NCBI RefSeq assembly: GCF_001194135.2
Contig: NC_068983.1
Location: 33,180,740 to 33,244,739 of the forward strand
From: Octopus bimaculoides
Lineage: Eukaryota
Direction of reading: 5' to 3'
DNA length: 64,000 nucleotides
Below are positions 55,294-64,000 of this stretch, piece after piece (positions within the stretch are counted from its first letter, which is position 1; each line of letters begins with the position of its first letter). A program made the translations under genes and the position numbers. The notes under the pieces are model-generated. The model was given only the letters and a program-made list of their open reading frames with translations. It searched no databases and had not been told where the DNA came from.

Positions 55294-56923
55294 NNNNNNN
55301 NNNNNNNNNNNNNNNNNNNNNNNNNNNNNNNNNNNNNNNNNNNNNNNNNNNNNNNNNNNNNNNNNNNNNNNNNNNNNNNNNNNNNNNNNNNNNNNNNNNN
55401 NNNNNNNNNNNNNNNNNNNNNNNNNNNNNNNNNNNNNNNNNNNNNNNNNNNNNNNNNNNNNNNNNNNNNNNNNNNNNNNNNNNNNNNNNNNNNNNNNNNN
55501 NNNNNNNNNNNNNNNNNNNNNNNNNNNNNNNNNNNNNNNNNNNNNNNNNNNNNNNNNNNNNNNNNNNNNNNNNNNNNNNNNNNNNNNNNNNNNNNNNNNN
55601 NNNNNNNNNNNNNNNNNNNNNNNNNNNNNNNNNNNNNNNNNNNNNNNNNNNNNNNNNNNNNNNNNNNNNNNNNNNNNNNNNNNNNNNNNNNNNNNNNNNN
55701 NNNNNNNNNNNNNNNNNNNNNNNNNNNNNNNNNNNNNNNNNNNNNNNNNNNNNNNNNNNNNNNNNNNNNNNNNNNNNNNNNNNNNNNNNNNNNNNNNNNN
55801 NNNNNNNNNNNNNNNNNNNNNNNNNNNNNNNNNNNNNNNNNNNNNNNNNNNNNNNNNNNNNNNNNNNNNNNNNNNNNNNNNNNNNNNNNNNNNNNNNNNN
55901 NNNNNNNNNNNNNNNNNNNNNNNNNNNNNNNNNNNNNNNNNNNNNNNNNNNNNNNNNNNNNNNNNNNNNNNNNNNNNNNNNNNNNNNNNNNNNNNNNNNN
56001 NNNNNNNNNNNNNNNNNNNNNNNNNNNNNNNNNNNNNNNNNNNNNNNNNNNNNNNNNNNNNNNNNNNNNNNNNNNNNNNNNNNNNNNNNNNNNNNNNNNN
56101 NNNNNNNNNNNNNNNNNNNNNNNNNNNNNNNNNNNNTCATCTCTGGCTAATCATTGAGAGGACATTGGTGTCACCTTGGCGGAGGTTTGCCTGCTCTGAG
56201 TGCCCTTGTTTTACATGTTTTTAAGGCAGTGAGCTGGCAAAATCGACCCCAGAATTTATTTTCTTTTCAAGCCTGGTACTTATTCTATTGGTCTCTTTTG
56301 CCAGACCATTAAGTCACGGGGATGTAAACACACTAACACAGGCTGTCAAGTGGTTATGGAGGGGGGGGGGGACAAACACAGACACAAAGACACACAAATA
56401 GATATATACGATGATCTTCTTTCAGTTTCCATCTACCAAATCTGTTCACCAAGCTTTGGTCAGCCTGAGGCTATAGCGGAAAACACTTGCCTAAGGTGCC
56501 ATGCAGTGGAACTGAACCTGGAAACATATGGTTGGGAAGAAGCAAGCTTTTTACTACCCAGCCAAACCTGCACCTACATATTCTTTTATTCTTGTATTCT
56601 TTTACTTGTTTCAGTCATTTGACTGTGGCCATGCTGGAGCACCACCTTCAGTTGAGTAGACCGACCCCAGGATTTATTCTTTCTAAGCCTAGTACTTGCT
56701 CTATTGGTCTCTTTTGCTGAACCACAAGGTTACAGGGACGTAAACACACCAGCATCAGTTGTCAAATGATGTTGGGGGGACAAACACAGACATATATATA
56801 TACACACACATATATGGTATAATGGTATATATATAGCATATAGTATATAATATATATATATATACATATACACATACATATATGGTATAATGGTATATAT
56901 ATAGCATATAGTGNNNNNNNNNN

Positions 56924-56960
<37 letters not shown>

Positions 56961-57629
56961 TGTATATATAAATACTATATAGCATACAATTTACTTCAAT
57001 AGAAATAAAGCAGCCTATAGAAAGAGGCAGGCTCACTGATAAATTGTATTAAAGCTTAAAGTGTTTGCCATAAGCTAATGAAACTATATTATGTAAAAGA
57101 TATGCACATCTTAAATATGTACATTGAAAAGAGACCCTTTGTACTTGTGCAATAGATCTATGTTTTCAAGTCTAACAGTGAAGATATATTTTCATGAAAA
57201 CTGAGAATTTTCATTGATATCTTTTAACTAAAGATAACATGGATACTTTAAATGGGTATAAGGCCTCACATGTGGGTGGATGAGAAGCTTAAATTTGAAC
57301 AATGATGCTATTCAAATGATACTTTATTTCATTGTCTCTGAAGGGAAGAAAGGCAATGTCTATTCCAGAGATAGCTGAACTCATGGCATAGAGAGGAGAT
57401 AACCTAAAGAGAATCTGACAGCCTGATTGCTTCTCTCTTGTTTTTACGTTTCCACTGCTGCCCTTCAAATGGAGATAAATACTAACAGTAAAAGGCTGGA
57501 AATATATGATGCGTGCACGCACGCACACACACACACACACACATACACACACACATGCACACACATGTATGCACACACACACACACACACATACATGCAC
57601 ACACACATATACATGCATGCATGCCAACT

Positions 57630-58800
57630 TTTTAGATGTCATACTTAAATTTAAACACTAAATTATATTACCTATACAGCAAACCAAACCAAACATTACA
57701 ATATATAAATGTCTCTTCTAATCATCCTAAATTAACCATCAATAGTATAATTATGACAATCTCCAACCTATTGGCAAACAAGGAGATTTTTAATGCACAT
57801 GCCCCACTTTATAATAATGCCCTAATATTAAGTGACTTTCATGTTCTACATCCCTGACACCAAACTCAAAACCAAATTAGCTAATCTAACATCTCATATT
57901 AACTCTGATACAACTAAAATGATCTCCTCCTTAAATTATAAACCTATAAGGAAACCTTTTGTTAACCATACTAAATTCTATAATGGACATGCTGGTAATT
58001 GTAATAAATACAGTTCCTCTATATTTGAACACTCTAATGTGGTAACACACTCTAAATCTAGAAAAAGAAAAATTATTTGGTTTGCCCCCACCATTTTCTC
58101 TCAGAGTCGAAAATCTACCAAAGCTGTTCTTCAAAATTCTGAAACTAAATTTTCCCAAACATCACAGATACTACTCTATATTTAATAAACACTCTATGAA
58201 ATTATCTTACTCTACCACACCTAATTTGGGTTAAATTATCGCATCTACAAACAGAAATAAAATTCAATTCCAAATGGCTTAAAGCATATATCACCATAAT
58301 ATACCCCATATAAGTCCAAATAATATTAATAAAACAAAAGTTATAGATAGGAAAGCAAAAATATGTAATTGTATGGCCCCTGAATTATATCCACTTGATG
58401 GTTTATGGTTGCACAAAAAACATAATTTATAAATGCACAGTGACAAATGACAAACATCAGGCTAGAGTATACATAGGAAGCACTAAAGACCTCAAGAAGC
58501 AGTATTTAGAGCATATGTAAATTCTTTTAATAAGTTAAGGCATAAAAATTCAATGGCACTAACCAGATATATTCACAATTTAAAATTACAGAACATTAAT
58601 TATTTATTATCTTGGTCAATCACAGATGAGGCTCCACCATATAATATGATTACTGGTAGATGTCGAATGTGTATAAAAGAATGATACATTATCTTTCACA
58701 TGTTTAATTCTGTTTTAAATAAATTTCTTGATGCTATTCATTTATGCAACCATAGAAGTTATTCAAATTTCATGAGATGATTTAAATTTGAACCCACTTA
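57630..58800 (+). mobile_element. Penelope-like element remnant (RT C-terminus + GIY-YIG)
   Basis: LDVILNLNTKLYYLYSKPNQTLQYINVSSNHP, SRKRKIIWF, MKLSYSTTPN, ICNC, SFNKLRHKNSMALTRYIHNLK, CRMCIKE. Confidence 0.85.
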
Positions 58801-59278
58801 GCAATAATTTCTGTTGCACAACGATATATCGCTAATACAAAAATGAATTTTAAGAAAGAAAGTAAGCAATCTAATTTTACTCCCAACAGCCTTATAAAAA
58901 CTTCCATAATTTACATAGCTATATCCAATTTTCTATAAAAGCATCCAATTATCGCATATCTTGGTAAAGAACTGAACGCTGCTCTGGAGTACTGTTTTTT
59001 CATTTACAAGAATCTTTTGTTTACACCGTGAGGTACTGTTGGTTTAATTATTGTTATTACTGTTATTGATGAAGACCTTACACCACTTGGCAGGTGTTGT
59101 TGAAGTTGTGTGCTTTCCCCTACGGGGGAAGGATTTGAACTTGTTGTATTATTGTGTTGAGCTGTTTGCTCTCTTTTGAGAGAAAAAATATAATTCTCCT
59201 GTGAAATAATTTTCTTTTTGAAAAAAAAAAAAAATTTTGTGTATTTTCTTCTTAGAAGTGCAAATTATAAAAGAGCAA

Positions 59279-61248
59279 ATGGCTCTGAATGAAACAGAGA
59301 TTATGAAAAAGGATTACACAGCAGTGACCAATGTGTCACATGGAAACATCAATATTCCACATTCAGAATACCAAACTTACAATGGCATATTGACTGTAAA
59401 AGGGGCAGGGGATGTTTGCATTGCCCCACCTCAGTTACATCACACAACAAACAAAAAATCAAACCATTATAAATAAAAGCTTTGACAGAAACAAAGAAAA
59501 TTGCGAATATCACAAAGGAAAAAATTGTAAAATGCTTCTGGCCAGTTTGGAAAGACATAGCGTATGTGACCCAAGGGAAGAAGTATGAATCCATTGAAGT
59601 ACGGTTTTCAACAGTGGAAAAGGCCCATGAACACTCAGTGTAGACACTTAAAACCCAAGAGGTTGTACTCCTGCCCACATACCTACTACATCGAACATCC
59701 TGCATAAAAATTCAGGTAGTGCCACCTGAAATAGATGCCACCTGGGTTGTTGTAGCCTTATGTTACTCTCACGAGGAGAAAGTATCGATCTCCTAGATCA
59801 CCTGCTCTGCCCCCAAAACTATCTGGGGCAAACCATTAAGATCCTGATACAGGCAACACCTGGGAATCTCAGAGAGATCCCCAATAGAATTGCTTATCAG
59901 GGAGGATATGGTACTGAAGATTCAGGCTGAGGGATGGAAGCCTCATTGCTTCAAATGTGGGCAGAAGGGCCACTTACATACAGAATGTGGCCCTTCCAAC
60001 ACAGAAGCACCCTCCTCAACTTTGATGGCGAAGGAAGTCAGAAAGAAAATGCCAGAAAAGCAGGTGAAGAAATCTGCAATGGAGCAACCCAAAGGAAAAC
60101 CAAAAGAAACAGAAGAACCCCCCATCCTGGTTGATGACATGGAGTTCAACATGCCGGAGGCGGATTTCCATGTGATCTCCCGCAAAATGGAAAAAAAAGA
60201 CATATTGTGTCCCCCACACCCTCCAAACCCCCTACCCCACCAAAAAAATGTAGCATGACAGACAAGGATAAATTTAAACCCTGCCCCTTCACCCACACAA
60301 CCCATGCTGACCGAACAACTATCGTCAAATACAATATTAAACACGGATATTTGCATGAGATAATAAAGAAGCACCACTTGTCAAAAATGTTTGGTGAACG
60401 TAGATATACTAAAATCGAAGAAAAACCGTTTAAACAACTGAAAGACAGACATCCGGAGGGCATCTACAAACTGAGTGAATTACCCAGGTTAATCGACCCA
60501 CCACCAGAGACCAATGAGGAGAGAGAAAAGAAAAGGAGGAGGTATGCTCAGTAACCTTGAGAACGATCACTCCCTCACCCGTGAAAGGTAAGTAGGTCCC
60601 TAATTATTTCTTTGGATGACTGGAATTAACTTCGGTTGTTTCAATGTATGTGGCCTAACTTTAAAGAGGAAGCAAGCCTGTTTCCTCAACAACCTCAAGG
60701 GACACAATATGGATGTGGTGGTGGCTACAGAGACCAAGCTGGACAGCCTGCATTCCTTTGTGGCATTGCTGAATGACTATGAGAAAATCATGTCTCCTAG
60801 CCAGACCGGAGGCCAAGGAGGAGTAGTAGTGTTGCTCTGAAAAAGCTTGGCTCTGCAGACAAGTACAATCTTTGTGGATCCAAAGATTTTGGCCAAGGTG
60901 TTAGCAAAGAGGTTGGTGCAGGTTGTGGATGGCCTTGTTGGAGAGGCACAAACTTGTGCCATCCTTGGCAGGACGATACACGACAATCTCCACCTCATAT
61001 GCTACACCTTAGAGACGGTGGGTAAAATCCCTGGCAAAAGTGGGGCACTGGTGCATTTAGACCAGTCTAAAGCATTTGATAGGGTCAACCATCAGTACCT
61101 GGTGGTAGTTCTCATGGCAGCTGGGCTGGGCTCAACTTTTCAAGGCTGGATTGCTGCTTTGTACAGCAACATTGAGTCTTTCATCCAAGTGAATGGTTTC
61201 TTTTTGAAACCGTTCAGGATTGAGCGCTCTGTTTGCCAGGGGTGTCCA
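59279..61248 (+). mobile_element. Tx1/L1-clade LINE: ORF1 with CCHC knuckle and internally deleted ORF2
   Basis: ORF1 CFKCGQKGHLHTEC. APE start FGCFNVCGL..TETKL joins at about 60882 directly to RT KILAKVLAKRL..LDQSKAFDRVNH..QGCP. Confidence 0.9.
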
Positions 61249-61915
61249 TTTCTCGACTGTATGGTAATTTGTGATGAAAAGTGGATTCTGTATAATAAAA
61301 ACGTTCTTGGCAATGGTTAGACCAAAATAAAGCACCGAAAACCTTCCCTAAACCCAAGTTCTTCAAAAGGAAGGTTATGGTGACTGTTTGGTGGTGTACT
61401 GCTGAACTCATCCAGTATAACTTCTTAAAATGCAGAAAAACTATTACTGTAGGAACATATTGTCATGAAATTGCCAAAATGAATGATAAACTGCTACTCC
61501 TCCATCCCAGACTAGTCAACGTAAGAGTGCCAATCATTCTTCATAACAATGCTCGACCACACATTCCACTAATGACGCTCCAGAAGTTGAGGGAAGTTGG
61601 CTACAAAGTTCTTCCCTACTCAGCTTATTCCCCAGACCTTTCTCCTCTCAACTACCACTTTTTCAAGCACCTTGACAGTTTCCTGTGAGAGAAAGAGTTC
61701 AGAAATCAAACCGATGCTGAAAGTATGTTCAAACAGTTCATCATCTCCAGAACTCCATATTTTTATGCTACCAGAATAAACAAACTTGTATCTTGTTGGT
61801 AAAAATTTGTTGGTTGTAATGGCACTTACTTTGATGAATAAAATTTCCACATTGTTGAAATATATTGTGATGAATTTCATGTTTCAAAACGTTGCTTACT
61901 TTTTACTCAGCCTGA
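61246..61915 (+). mobile_element. mariner (Hsmar1/SETMAR-like) 3' half
   Basis: FLDCMVICDEKWILY, KVMVTVWW, ILHNNARPH, YSPDLSPLNYHFFKHL. TIR-like TTACTTTTTACTCAGCCTGAT at the end. Confidence 0.9.
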
Positions 61916-62598
61916 TCCATCCATCTATCCATCTGTTCATGTGTCTGTCTGTCCATCCATACATCCATCCACCTGCCCACCCAAAATTCAACAAAAATGT
62001 ACTCCGTCTGGTGAAACATAAATATAATTTATTAAAGGGTACAAAACATGTCTTTAAATGCAACTAATTGTTCCATACATTGAGAAATATCTCAAATATA
62101 TTCTTCAGGCACAAACCACATATCATAACAAACTAAAACAAATTGAATTTAGAGAAGAAATGTGAGAAAATGAGAAGGCAGCATATAAAAAAGGCAGAAG
62201 GTATAAAACAGAAAATGGTAAATGGAAACACAAAAACTAAAATGTAAAAAGTTAAAAGTAAATGGCAAAAAAGTTATCCTCTTCAGACTAATTGTCATAT
62301 GATATTTAATTTCGTTCACCACATGAGCTCAAATCCCATAGGATTATTGTTCTTCTTTTTACGAGTATTTTGTAATAACCACCAGGCATTTGATGAATTT
62401 TTTCCACAAAATATTTCCCCAATGTATTTGTAGCCTTGTACAAGTAAAATAAATCATTATTATCTTCATTAGAAAGGAAATCATATTTGTCAATCTCCAT
62501 GAAAGAAAAATGTGCCCTTGACACAAACAATAACATAACATTCCTGTTTAAAATATGTAACCCACAAACACAGAAGTACGAAAACCGACAAACGAGAG

Positions 62599-62629
<31 letters not shown>

Positions 62630-62969
62630 TAAATACATATAAGGATTTACTTTTCGTAATGAGATAAAAAACCAAGGATATGTATATTTTAGAATATTTA
62701 TGAATAGAAGGTCTTACAGCTGTTTCCAGGATATTTATTGTATCCCTTCATTGGAGACGGTATGAGAGGATGATTAAGCAATAGTTAATTTAGATTAGAT
62801 AGGAAATATAGAGTGAATGCAGGGATATTGTATTTGTAAATGCATTATTTAGGCAGAATGGTATACATATAAGATTCCAATGCCTTGTAAGTAAAATCCA
62901 ATAGTCTTTACGATTGGTCATTTAATTTGTAAATCCATTATTAAGATTCCAATACCCTATATATATATA

Positions 62970-63711
62970 CTAGCAGCTAAGCCCGGTTTCACCTGGTCGG
63001 TTTGGATGATGTGGCTGCAAAACCTACTCTGTGTAAACATTCGACTTTTTGGGGGCATTCTTACGTTAAAAAACAATTTTAGAATGACTTTTTTCTGTCA
63101 AAACACTAAAAATAACTGACCAACAAAAAAAAAAACAAAAAAACAAAGCAACCAAGATTCAACCAAATCAAAAAATAAACCCAAATACTAAGCGAATAAA
63201 GATGAACCATCCCACTTCCATTGTGCATGCACATGCACACACACACACACACACATACACATGCGCACACACACACATTCACATACACACACATATTCCC
63301 ACAGAGTTGAATCGCTGTTTGATTTATTTTTCAGCATACAGTTTACATCATCCCACTACCAAGTATGACATCACTTCCTACTTTATTCATCTATCACCCC
63401 TTCCTTTCTCATTCATAAACACAATAGTATTATTATAGTAGATTATCTCGGTAACCATGGGAAAAAAAAATGACATCACCCCTTCCTTCTTTATTCATCT
63501 ATCACCCTTTCCTTTCTCATTCATAAACACAAGAGTATTATTATAGTAGATTATCTCAGTAACCACTGGAGCTATGAAAAAATACAAAGCCCAGCAACAC
63601 TACTGGATCATTCTACACATTTGTGTAATTTTTCACACAATTCCACCCAGCCGTTTGACCGTGAATCCCAAGACAAGAAAGAATTGCCTATGTCAAATTT
63701 ATATGTATAGA
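62970..63711 (-). mobile_element. Complete non-autonomous Helitron (742 bp)
   Basis: A|TC 5' end at 63711; hairpin CCAGGT-GAA-ACCGGG and CTAG|T 3' end at 62970. Contains a (CA)n tract and a direct repeat of about 90 bp (63368-63455 / 63472-63565). Confidence 0.8.
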
Positions 63712-63719
63712 TTGATTAC

Positions 63720-63897
63720 CTTGGTAAGCTTTCCTTTTCTGGTAGATACTTCATCATATCAGAATAACGAGATTGAAAAGCAGATGCTCTTGAATTAAAG
63801 TAATGTTTAGAGAGAATGTGGGAATCCCCATTTCCAATTACATCTCCAGTACTATCAGCAAACTTGAAGGCCTGATGTAAGCTAGAAGCTCGATAAG
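63720..63897 (-). CDS. WDR93: WDR93-like gene, internal exon 1 of 7 seen (178 nt, phase 1->2)
   Basis: Acceptor ttcattttcacag, donor AAG|gtaatc. Encodes (A)YRASSLHQAFKFADSTGDVIGNGDSHILSKHYFNSRASAFQSRYSDMMKYLPEKESLP(R), which resembles the recalled human WDR93 segment GLGSGQNHFI...IFNASYKKYL. Phase matches the next exon. Confidence 0.75.
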
Positions 63898-64000
63898 CTG
63901 TGAAAATGAAACAATTAATAACATAAGGAGCCAGCAAGTATGAAATTATGAGATTGAACTCTTGAATTTTAATGATATAAAAGCAGTATCTGATTTGATA

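Overview
AT-rich, repeat-dense eukaryotic DNA with many assembly gaps. The SINE families, microsatellite load and composition point to an Octopus genome (inference). No prokaryotic features are present: no CRISPR, rRNA or bona fide tRNA. The one host gene I can support is on the minus strand. It has seven GT-AG exons (63897-63720, 52654-52596, 41401-41324, 39860-39726, 35489-35294, 31569-31509, 29888-29693) that splice in phase into 903 nt of open frame, resembling the middle/C-terminal part of the ciliary WD-repeat protein WDR93. Its 5' exons lie beyond the window end and I could not place its last exons. The rest is transposon-derived: RTE, R4/Dong-like, Tx1/L1 and Penelope retroelement remnants; Tc1, mariner and Merlin transposase remnants; Helitron ends; hAT- and piggyBac-like MITEs; several SINE families; and microsatellites. 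The most interesting signal is a short family with a tRNA-like head, a (TAA)n linker and a Penelope-type tail containing a minimal hammerhead-ribozyme motif. It occurs three times, always with an inverted copy of its tail, and twice inside clear target-site duplications. Other notable items are a 56-bp copy of one WDR93-like exon fused to a MITE end, a spacer-less 150-bp palindrome, a Helitron 9 nt into an intron, a minisatellite formed at a LINE 5' junction, and a deletion-fused Tx1-RT/mariner ORF.
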